From Paraspadella gotoi (lineage: Eukaryota; Animalia; Chaetognatha): 14,822 nucleotides of DNA. Made by a program: the position numbers and the translations under genes. This document shows positions 1 to 8,949 of the stretch, piece by piece (position 1 is the first letter of the stretch; each line of letters starts with the position of its first letter). The stretch is from contig JBJCIZ010001609.1 in the NCBI GenBank assembly GCA_051294375.1, forward strand, positions 1 through 14,822, read 5' to 3'. The notes under the pieces are model-generated. The model made no database searches and was not told where the DNA came from. It saw only the letters and a list, made by a program, of their open reading frames with translations.

Positions 1-67
1 ATTTACAATTTTTTTATTATTTTTCCTTGACAAGAATTCGCAGTTACTTTCAAAGTTATTATTTTAG

Positions 68-322
68 ATAAAGCTGATAACGGAAATGAAAAAGGAAAGT
101 GGTTCACCCTTGGCCGATATCGGAGGGATCTTCAGTGTGTTTGAGCCATTTTGGAAAGACTACAAAAACCGATTTACGTTTCGAAATCGTTCTTACACAT
201 CGTACAATACAGGAAGAATAGCATCAAATCACCATACAAAATTCATGGAAGAATTTGACGATACTCTTGAAAACTTCGTAAAAAAAAGCTTGGGTCCTGT
301 GCAAAAAAATAGAATACCCTGA
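68..322 (+). CDS. Probable terminal coding exon of an unidentified host gene
   Basis: T-rich tract ends in ttttAG (62-67) and is followed by an open frame (IKLITEMKKESGSP...KNRIP*) in phase with ORF 86..322. TGA at 320-322 and AATAAA at 325-330. GC is higher than in the flanks. Product not recognised. Confidence 0.5.
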   Translation: MKLITEMKKESGSPLADIGGIFSVFEPFWKDYKNRFTFRNRSYTSYNTGRIASNHHTKFMEEFDDTLENFVKKSLGPVQKNRIP

Positions 323-510
323 AAAATAAATCTTATTAGATTCCTTTATTATGAAAGATAAAGTCAATGTTCATTAAGGCAGAATAAGGTAAAAACTAAG
401 AGTTTTGTAATATAAATCTATCCCCCAGAGATAACTAACTTTTAAATAATTTTAAGATTTTAAGGATAGTTAATAACATAAAAGTATTTAAAGTTTATTG
501 TATTACTATA

Positions 511-665
511 AATATTAGGAATTGTTTATTGTTTACCAATACAACGATTTTTATTGTCATAGTACATGTTTCGACTCTGTTGATTCGAGTCTTCATCAGA
601 GTCGAAACATGTACTATGACAATAAAAATCGTTGTATTGGCAAACAATAAACAATTCCTAATATT
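511..665. repeat. Near-perfect inverted repeat: 69-bp arms (511-579 / 597-665) with a 17-bp spacer
   Basis: The reverse complement of 511-579 equals 597-665 except for one mismatch at 641. Confidence 0.95.
560..599 (-). ncRNA. Minimal hammerhead ribozyme core (Penelope-like pLTR type), stem I disrupted by the inversion
   Basis: Minus strand reads CUGAUGA-A-GACUC-(9 nt)-GAGUC-GAAAC-AU-GUA. The sequence 5' of the core is replaced by the palindrome arm and no longer pairs. Confidence 0.7.
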
Positions 666-903
666 CACTTAGCAACGAAAAGAGAGAAAATAATACAATG
701 TCTACTATAAATAATAATTTTTTTAAAAAATTATCTTTTTTAAAATGGATTCTAATAAAGATTAAAAAATAAATAAAACTATTATTATATGATGTTTTTT
801 ATGTTTTATTAGTTATTTTATAATTCCTTTCTTTTCGTTGAGTTTAGAGATTTAGAAAAAAAGTCTGAAATTTTTGTTTCATCAACGAATTTAATTTATA
901 TGT

Positions 904-946
904 ACGGACATGTTTCGACTCTTTAACTGCGAGTCTTCATCAGCGT
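904..946 (-). ncRNA. Type I minimal hammerhead ribozyme, apparently intact (Penelope-like pLTR type)
   Basis: Minus strand reads ACG-CUGAUGA-A-GACUC-gcaguuaaa-GAGUC-GAAAC-AU-GUC-CGU. All core nucleotides are present, with a 5-bp stem II, palindromic ACAUGU stem III, GUC triplet (C at 907) and stem I ACG/CGU. Confidence 0.85.
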
Positions 947-1227
947 TGATTTTATTAGTTAAAATAAGAAAACACTATAAAAACAATGGTATGCTTTTTA
1001 GGGTGAAGTGAAAGTTTGGAATCAAAATTATGCAGTTAAATCTTGAAAACTATCATATCACCATTGATTAAAGAAAATATATATCTTTTTCAAAAATAAT
1101 GTTAGTAAGTAGGTTAAATTATAATTTTAATTATATTTTAAGCCGGAAATTAAAAATTGGTGTCTTAAATATAGTTTTTTTACTTTTTTGGCCAACTTAG
1201 CTTAATAACAATAGCAATTGTTTTTAA

Positions 1228-1267
1228 ATGCTGATGAAGATTTGTAACAAAGTCGAAACATGCACAC
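1228..1267 (+). ncRNA. Degenerate hammerhead ribozyme copy
   Basis: CTGATGA-A-GATTTG-taa-CAAAGTC-GAAAC-AT-GCA. The triplet is GCA rather than NUH and stem II has a bulge, so it is probably inactive. Confidence 0.65.
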
Positions 1268-1300
1268 TAAATAAAAAGTAACGTTGTTGCCAAAAATTCG

Positions 1301-1521
1301 TTTTTAGTCGGTTCTGCTTTCAGCAGATCCCGACTCTATAATTCACTTTGTCGGTCCGTCGGTCCGCCCCCTCAATCTTGTCGGGCATTCACTTATATCA
1401 TGTCAGAACATCGAAAAAAATGATGTCCGTCGTCTGTCTGTCCGTTCGTCCGTCCGTCTGTCCCACCTTAGCAAAAAACACCAATTACTCGTGATTGGAT
1501 GGATGGATTGGAATGAAATTT
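1301..1521 (+). mobile_element. DINE-1/HINE-like non-autonomous Helentron fragment (5' part)
   Basis: Starts at a T-run, then a hairpin agtcgg...ccgact (1306-1335), GTCY microsatellite blocks (~1350-1366, ~1425-1463) and a gattggaatgaaattt motif. This order is typical of DINE-1-like elements. No 3' end seen. Confidence 0.6.
1425..1463 (+). repeat. (GTCY)n microsatellite
   Basis: gtccgtcgtctgtctgtccgttcgtccgtccgtctgtcc. Confidence 0.9.
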
Positions 1522-1537
1522 AATTTAATTTAAAATT

Positions 1538-1576
1538 AACGCTGATGAAGGCTTACAATAAAACAAAATCGTTGTC
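1538..1576 (+). repeat. Truncated fourth copy of the hammerhead-bearing repeat
   Basis: aacg-CTGATGAAG is followed directly by the acaataaaa...aatcgttgt tail seen after the palindrome copy. The GAAAC half of the core is missing. Confidence 0.55.
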
Positions 1577-1609
1577 AAAACTAAATTCAAACAAACCGAA
1601 TATTGCATG

Positions 1610-3758
1610 CATTCACACACGTGGGAAAATTTTTTTGGGAAAGATTCGCACGCTGGGAAAAAATGGGTGTAAATTTACGCTAGCATCGACGATGCATCGA
1701 AAAACATCGATGGCTGGGAAACCAATTATCGATGAGTCAATATAACGCAATATTGCGGGGCGTAACGAAATTGACGAAATATAGCGTTATCCACCGAAAA
1801 ATCGCGAAATAGTGACGCAAACGATAACGAAATAAAAAATTTAAAATACTCTAAAAAAGGAAAAAAAGGCAAAAAAATATTGAGATTTCTAAATAAGGTC
1901 AAAGACCGTTAATACTTGCGTTAGCGAGAGAGCGCTGGAACGGGCCGACTTTCCGTCGCACCGGACAAGCCTCCACGGACCTCCCGCAGCCCATGAAGGT
2001 AACACCCTCTCGACATGCTCCCTTCAGCGTGACGGACGTCAACGCAAAAGAAACAAAGTGAGACTCCGTCCAAGGCGCCCCTATTGCCGATCAGTCGACA
2101 TAGTGTTCAGAAATGCGAAATAAACAAATAAATAAACGTAAAAAATTGATCAAAAAAAAATTTTGGGATTGAAGCGGGCACCCCCATAAAAAAGGTTAGC
2201 AAGTGCAGAAAAATAGGGAATCCGCCGGTGAACGCGACTAAAAGAAAATGATTAGAAAATAACAATTTCGCCGCGTTTTACAGGAAACCGAATCCGTATT
2301 TCGGAGTCCCAACCCATACTCCCGCCACAGGAGATCCAGCTTTTCAGCTGAATTTGAATTAAGCAGAAAAAAAGCAAAAGTAAACGAAATAAAATAACTA
2401 TTGATCAAAAATGAAAAAATAGCTAATATTCGAAGACGAGCTTTTCAGCTCCAGAAAGGAGTAAAATAGCCTTTTAGAAAGGCTTTGAGCGCCATCGTCA
2501 AAATACAAAAAAGGCCTAACCTTTCAGGCGCGAAGGCCTGTTAACCATTAGAGTAAAATCCCCGAAAAGAGCCAGACGGGCTCGCGCTTCAAGGAGGCTT
2601 TATATACAAAGGTATAAAAATAAAAAAAGTCAATATAACTATTTATTTTTAAGAAATTACAACCCTTATAAAAAACGCTCGGAAATTATAATTTTAAAAA
2701 ATTAAAAAACTCTAAATAATTAAAAAGATACCAAAACGCTCACAAGCGTTCCTGAAACACATTTCAACTATTTCCTCTATACTGGCGACGGGCCATCGCT
2801 CTGAAATAAAGAAAAAGCACCCGTCCAACAAAAACAAAACAGAAAATACTACGACTGAATCTGTTGAGTAACGTTCTTTTTTATTTAAAACAAAACAGAA
2901 AAGCAAAAAAAAAAAAAAAAAGAGTAATCACGCTAACTCGAAAAAATTTAGAATAAAAAATCGTAGCCGTAGAGACGAACGCAGATGGGTTAAATTCCTG
3001 GCCCCGGTTACGGACCGCAGGAGAAAGAAAAATAATACCTGGCCGCGTTACGGACGCAGGTTTTCGGGACGACACCCGGAAAAACAAAATTATAAATATT
3101 TTGTCTGGCCGTAGCACGGACGCAGACGAAAAAATCTTTAAATACGAAACATATATGTCTGGCCGTATAGAACGGACGCAGACGAGAAATAATAAAAAGT
3201 CTATAATCTAATAGCGACTAACCTTCGTCGAACGTCGTCAGATGAAATTCCCAAAAAGAAGAACCACTGACCTTTGACGAACGACGAGTCAAACCTTCGT
3301 TGTGTCTGAATAAAAATGGCACGAAGAAAACAGTAAGAAATAAACAATATAACGTATTATACATTTGTGCGGAAAAATGTAGACTAAAAAACTAGCCTAG
3401 GTAGTTTATAATCAAAAGGTACATTTTTGGACTTTATCTTTACCATAAGCACATTTAAAATTGTTTAGGGTGCCTGACTGGAAAAAAACCGTAGCACCGA
3501 CACAATGCGCGTGAATATTACTTAACTTACTGTGCCAAGTTAAGCAAGTAAATCACGTGACATATAACTACCATATTTAAAATAGCTCAGTAGTTTAACA
3601 GGGGAGGGAGCTTTCGTACACCCCAAACCTATTAAACAATGATTCGATGTGCCGTAATAAGATTTTAGGCCCCCATATCTCCAGAAGGGAGGATAGGGCT
3701 GTATACTAAACCGTCCGGCAAACAACTAAAAAAAAAAAGAAAAATCAAATCTCAAATA
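1610..3758 (-). mobile_element. Putative long 3' LTR / 3' non-coding region of the element (left boundary uncertain)
   Basis: Begins right after the PPT candidate. T-rich on the minus strand with interspersed GC hairpins and a TATA-like GTATATAAAG at 2607-2598. No second copy found in the window. Confidence 0.35.
2960..3183. repeat. Array of five related hairpins, consensus CTG-G-CCG-loop-CGG-ACG-CAG, separated by A-rich spacers
   Basis: Copies at 2960-2986 (degenerate), 2996-3022, 3037-3061, 3103-3127 and 3157-3183. Outer stems are tcctg/cagga, acctg/caggt and gtctg/cagac. Confidence 0.85.
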
Positions 3759-3768
3759 TCTCCCCGCC
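3759..3768 (-). other. Putative polypurine tract (PPT) of the BEL/Pao element
   Basis: Minus strand reads GGCGGGGAGA|TATTTG, resembling BEL/Pao PPTs but followed by TA rather than canonical TG. It lies ~75 nt after the stop at 3843 and at a sharp GC-to-AT transition. Confidence 0.55.
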
Positions 3769-3842
3769 GGGACCCCACGGACACCAAGGCTGCCCACTAT
3801 TTACACAAGAGAGAGTAGCGGGCAGTTGGATAGCACCGCTAC

Positions 3843-5495
3843 TTACTCCTGGCTGCTGCGGACTCCCGGTCGCGCCTGCCCCCACGACCCTTTGCCCGAC
3901 CCCGGGAAGAGCCTTACCCTTCGGCGACGAGACACCTGACTCGAAGAGCGACGTACGTCACTGATCGCCTCGGGGGATCTCTCCTGCCTTCGGACGAGGC
4001 TCCGCGACACTTCTTGTGAGGAAGCGCTCGAAACCCGCCGCCAGCTGACGCTGTTCTCTGAAGGGCCGCCTCTCACATCCCGCCTCTCCTTCCTCTTTTT
4101 TTTCCTGGGCGTAAGGACAAAGGATCATATCCTCATTCCGAAGTCGGAACCGGAGGGAGGGGCGATGCCGCCGTCCACTCCAAGGCTGCCGACCCCAGCC
4201 AGCTCTCAGGCGCGCCACCAGGGCCGTTACAGCTCCCGATGCTTCCTCTGCGCCTTCTCCCAGATCATATCTTCCTCCGGGTGCAGACCAACACCGCCTC
4301 CTGCTGCTCCTCCTGCAAATCTTGCACCACCTCTGCAAGATCCGGAACTGAAGCTGCTGCCTCGAGGACCTCACGGACTTCGGCACAAGCGGAGCACTAG
4401 ACGGGGCAGAGGCTGGCGCCACTTTGATCCAATCCGCGCGTGCCGGCCGCTTGAGCCACGAAGCCGTTCGTTCTTCTCTGCTGCCGTCGTCCCGTCGATT
4501 GGCCGCCTGGCGGCTGAGCCGCACTGGACGGCCCGCTGGAAGGAGCGGGTTGCACTCCGCTGGCCACGAATGCGGAGCAGACGCCACTGCTACTTGGGTA
4601 GGTGCGGGAACTTGGTTCACGGGTCCGCGCGCGAATCGCCCTTTAGTGTGCAAACGATCACGCGCAGGATCACGGTCGATAACTTGAGGACGACCAGGCT
4701 CCCAGCGCTGCGACTGAAGGCGATCAAAGCTATGCAATGTTTATCAGAATATCCGAGTAATCCACGAGACGGGCCAGAGGCCGCTGCCGCCCTCGTTGGC
4801 TCTGGTACGGGGATGACCGGTACCTTTACCTTCTGCAAGAGTCGAGTCTCCCAACAGCCACGACCTACAGACGGTCACCCTTGATTTGCGCTGGGAGGGC
4901 GCAGGGTCTTGGCAACCCGTCTTCAGAATGTAAGAGGATGCTCAACGGTCGTCGTCGTCTCCCCTTCGCGGGCAGGCGGACGCGTCAGTAAGAGCCCTGC
5001 GTTCATGCTCGCAGTCGGTCATTGGATTCAAAAATCCGTCACCGACACGTGGCCTCCGATTGTGACGAGAGATGCCAAGTCGATGGGCAAAGTTCGGTCC
5101 ATCCCCCTGAAGCGGGACCTCTATGCGAGTTACAGGGACTTGGACATGCCCTGAACACCCTGAAGCGCATCAAGCAACCTGTCAACTTCGGGAGCGAGGG
5201 GCCTCTGAAGAAGAACAGATCCCCTGTCCCTCCAAAACTTCCCCACACCTTCCGGAGTCCTTTCACGTCGAGTCCGCCGGGATATTCAGCTTGAAAGGTT
5301 TCCGTCGGCGGAGTGACCGACGACGAGTCGCTTGAAGGCGTCCATCCACTGAGCGGACGGCGTGAAGAACGAGGACGATGCCTGTCTCGCACCGGAATGT
5401 GCCACCACAGACGACACCTGAGAACTGGTGGAAGCCTGCATCATGAACTTTTGAATATTGTAGAATTTAAAGTTTCTTTCCAGCAAATCGGCATA
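3843..5495 (-). pseudogene. Frameshifted accessory ORF downstream of pol, with a possible SGNH/GDSL-hydrolase-like domain and an acidic then Arg/Ser-rich C-terminus
   Basis: GC-rich block with chained minus-strand ORF pieces (5286..5486, 5039..5392, 4617..4838, 3958..4737, 3843..4076). ATG at 5444. WLLGDSTL (GDS at 4851-4843) is followed after frameshifts by VIPVP(G)A and RVIVCTL. Confidence 0.5.
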
Positions 5496-5532
5496 CTAAC
5501 AAATGAGAAAAAGGGAGAAAAACAAAGGAGAG
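5496..5532 (-). promoter_or_regulatory. Putative splice acceptor for the accessory ORF
   Basis: Minus strand reads ctctcctttgtttttctccctttttctcatttgttAG|TAT GCC GAT TTG..., open in phase 0 to the ATG at 5444. Confidence 0.45.
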
Positions 5533-6281
5533 GCGACTAACACGTGCAAACGCCCAGTTATTTCAGAAAACCCCAGAGAATATGCAATAAAAAATATTAT
5601 TTTTTTTTTTTTCTTTTCTCATAAAAATAAACAAAGTCCGACTTCAAAAATAGAACAGGCCCGTGGTGTCAACCCCCGTACGCTAAGAAAAACCGGGAAT
5701 AAACAAAATATAAAAACGGATTAACGACTACGACTGTACGCCAAAAATCCAAATTTGAAACTTACTGTACAATGTGAAATTGTAACATAAAATAATTAAT
5801 ACGAATTCGAATGTAATTTAAAAATTTTCATTTTTAATCGTCCAAAATCTGAAGAAAAAAATTTCGATGTAGGGATCGCACTTACGAAAATCGAAAAAAA
5901 TAAATAAAATATTTTTTCTTATAAAAACTCCTAACTTCCAGTACAATTAAAATAAATAAATAAATTCCTTAAAAACATGTACTAACCAAAACAAAACACA
6001 GTTTCTGAAGAAAACATTGTCTTAAACAGTAAAATAAAAAAATCAAAAAATCAAATCTGAAAAACCATTTAATCTGAATTTCTGGTTAGGTACACTCCCA
6101 TATGGGGAAATTCGGCCGAAGCGAAATCAAAGCAAATTTGGGAAAAACGAATTTTCGCCTTTCGGCAAAGCCTCTATCAATAATTTCGGTCGTAGCAAAG
6201 CAATAAAATGGAATAAATAGTCCACAAAGAGATACAGATCTTGAGGGGATGAGTGTACTAATATATTTTTTTTTTTTACTT

Positions 6282-6593
6282 TCACTCATCTAATTCCCAA
6301 ACGAACGATCTTAGATCGATCTCGCTCGAAGATTTATTCCATTCGCGGCCGCACGAACGCGCGTCGCACGTGCGTTCGGTCGTCGCCAATGCACGCTTTC
6401 TATGACGGCCAAGCCCACACTCGCTCCGTTGGCATTTGGTTTCGTCAACAAGTAGAACGAGCTGGCGCGACCTTGAGTAATCGCGGAAGCGTGCGTTATG
6501 CCAAAGGTTCAGATGCAGTTGGAAGACAGTAAATAGTCGCGGAAAAAGCGACGCTTCGAATTGACAGATCAAATCCCACGCTTGCTTATACAT
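6282..6593 (-). pseudogene. C-terminal domain of BEL/Pao Pol (DUF5641-like)
   Basis: QLVLLVDETKCQRSECGLGR matches the V-L-x-x-D-E..R..W.LGR pattern that follows Pao integrases. Confidence 0.75.
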
Positions 6594-6649
6594 CCAACAC
6601 GCAATGAATCGCCGAAGATCGGGAGCCGGTGGTAAGACTACTCGGCGTC

Positions 6650-7600
6650 GTTCCGATGCGAATCCCCGGATATAAGATGTCAGCTGGCGTCAAAGGTAGA
6701 AGGTCTTTAGCATCGCTGCTTTAATCGCGTTAAAGGTCGCCGGTTGATTATTCCCTCGGACGCCGGGTAGAATTGATGGTGCGAAACGTCTCCATCGAAA
6801 GCGGCCGATCACCAAAGTAATGCATAAAGATGCCGCTTTGCCGAGCGGACCAACCTTTCCCAAACCACCGCCATAAATGCGGCGTAGAGGCGCGCGAAGG
6901 CGCCAGTCGAAGCCAAGACGATGGAAATTTTTTTAATCATGATCGCTCCGGTTCGTCTCAACTCGCTTGAAAGCATTCCGCGCGCAGAGCTTTGTCGCTA
7001 CCATTTGAAATTTGGTTGCGGTTATCGCTGAAGAGATGCCGTATGCCGGGCCTCCTTTCCTTCGCGGCATCGAAAGCATTGATGAAGGAAGAGGTCGAGA
7101 GAGAGAAATAACTCCTCGAGAATGAAACGGCGCGAGAGTTAGAGACAGGTAAAATAGCCGCCACCACAGCGCTTATGTCGAGCTCGTGACCGATTTTTAT
7201 GTCGAAGGGAACTTTACAGCCAGCATCTTGACGCCGACATTCCCGGAATGGCGGCCCGGGGGCCGTCCTGTAGATCGGAAGAGGCGCCAATTTTCTGTTG
7301 TTCCGGTGGCTTGAGGCTTTTTTTGGCTAGACGCCATTTTGTGAGGACTCGACGGACAGCTGACGTGCCCGAAGGATCCAAAACTTGCGCCGAATTCCTC
7401 GCTCAGGTTTGCTCTCAATCCCACGCATGACCCTGGTCTTCAATGTACATCTCGGATAGGGCGCGACTTAGATGCGTCGTCCGTTAGGCAAAATGATCGA
7501 TGTTCGCCTCGAAAGGAAAGACGTCGCCGCATTGCAAGTCCGGCCGCCGAACTGCGCATCTTCCCTCCCGCGCAGTCGACCGAAAGGAGACAACTTACGA
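6650..7600 (-). pseudogene. pol: Integrase (Zn-binding region and catalytic core)
   Basis: KLSPF..GKMR.GGR, GHA, IRRKFWILRARQ, MAPLP..R..PF, SRAV...LSTSSFINAF...RR...LFSDN, PH / WERLVRSAKRH, EGIINRRPLT and LLPLTPADIL. Confidence 0.92.
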
Positions 7601-8129
7601 TAGAGGCTGATTTTTTAAATTTACAATCCTTTCGAAGTCTGAGGAGACCGTGATCGAAATTCCTTCATGTAGAAATTCCATCTCAGAACCGAAATATTTG
7701 ATTTGAATAGGCGAATGAGGCAGATCCGCCGTCGATTGAATATCGATAAGTAAGCATTCGTAGGGATGCTTTTCGGCCGCAGATCGCGTTGAAGGCCCTT
7801 TTCAAACAGCAAAGCGTTTCCAACACGCGCAAACCAGCAAAGCGGTTTTTCTTGACGCTGGCCGACCAAGACGAAAGACTATGACGGGCGTAGTCGAGCA
7901 TCTCACGAATCCCCAGAGAAAAACGTAAGTGAAAGCAGAGAACGCGGTGAGGCATCCACTACCCGGTGTTTTTTCTCAATGATCGGCTCCTGGAAGATTG
8001 CGACTTCGCGGATATCCCACATACCACGTTATGAATCCGGTCCAAGGTTGATTCCGGGTTCCAAAGAAATCATGACGGCACCGATAGAAACTTCTTCGCA
8101 CTCTTCCATCTTTCCAGTAGATAAACCCC

Positions 8130-8560
8130 GACTCGCAATATCTCGCCGGGTTTACTGGCAAGTCGGGACGTATCTCCATTCGTCTACCCTCGGAGATTTA
8201 ACGAATTCGAGAGATTCGATGTTTGAAAAAACGGGATAACGCGACTTCTCGTGCCCGAATTTGCTTGAATGACGTTATGCGATCCGTCCCAGAACACAAC
8301 TCTGCAGAATATTCTCCTTTATGAAACCTGACCATAGACAGATAGACAGATGTTCGTGGGCGAGTTTCGCGGACGGTAAAGTTCCAGCCGCGGAATTGAT
8401 TCATGTGAGAACACTTACTAAGACAGAGGCACAACGCGCCGATTTTCCAAAGAAATAAGCGACGTAAGTCGCCTGATGGAACCTCGACGCGACGATACAG
8501 TACGAACCCGTAGGCCCAACTTCGAGGCATCGGCAGAAGATGTGCATCTCGGCGCCGTAT
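8130..8560 (-). pseudogene. pol: RNase H domain (Pao type, Peptidase_A17-like)
   Basis: ADAS / WAYGFVLYRR, FFKHRISRIR, and EWRYVPT / NPA / DIASRG. Confidence 0.9.
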
Positions 8561-8949
8561 TTGTAGTTGCCCTTCGTCGCGATTCCAGCACGAGGAGAAT
8601 CATCGATGGAAACTAGTAAGCTTCAGCTCCCTCCTTGCCGCCATTTACTGTTGATTTCGACAAATATCTCCTTTGAAACTGGATCATCCCACGGAGTTTT
8701 TTTCTCTAGTTGCCCGCTGAAAAATCTCAACGTTCCAGCGCAGGATGAAGGGTGTGCCACGAACCCATAGGATAAAGAGAGAGCTGGTGAGCGAGAGCAT
8801 TGTCGTCGCGTTTGGACTTCTTATCCACAACTTTCTTGTTTCGTATTGAAACGAGAATATATCAACGTGAAAAACAAAGACAAACGCCAGAGAACTTTTT
8901 CCCAATTGTCGTGCTTCTCATCACTGAAGGTTTTGATATCTTCCCATTC

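Noticed and set aside
950-1230. Penelope GIY-YIG/RT coding remnant next to the hammerheads
   Set aside because: No recognisable motif in the frames examined.
1623-1667. Four GGG runs as a G-quadruplex
   Set aside because: Loops are long (up to ~15 nt) and A/T-rich, so stability is doubtful.
1915-1924. 10-bp match cttgcgttag with 14620-14629 as LTR homology
   Set aside because: Flanking sequence does not align; likely chance.
1960-2030. HDV-like ribozyme suggested by cctccc/ctccac motifs
   Set aside because: Could not build the P1/P2/P3 nested pseudoknot on either strand.
2960-3183. CRISPR-like appearance of the hairpin array
   Set aside because: Repeats are not identical, spacers are low-complexity and irregular, there are no cas genes, and the context is eukaryotic.
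1545-3725. Short ORFs 1545..1745, 2712..2906, 2881..3117, 3540..3725
   Set aside because: Low-complexity translations of A/T-run-rich non-coding DNA.
4165-4884. 239-aa plus-strand ORF (and 4424..4687, 4909..5294)
   Set aside because: Arg/Pro-rich with no motifs; consistent with an antisense shadow of GC-rich minus-strand coding sequence.
6091-6100. Alternative PPT/LTR start (minus strand TGGGAG|TGTA) ~190 bp after pol
   Set aside because: Only five purines and no matching 5' LTR. Weaker than 3759-3768, though not fully excluded.
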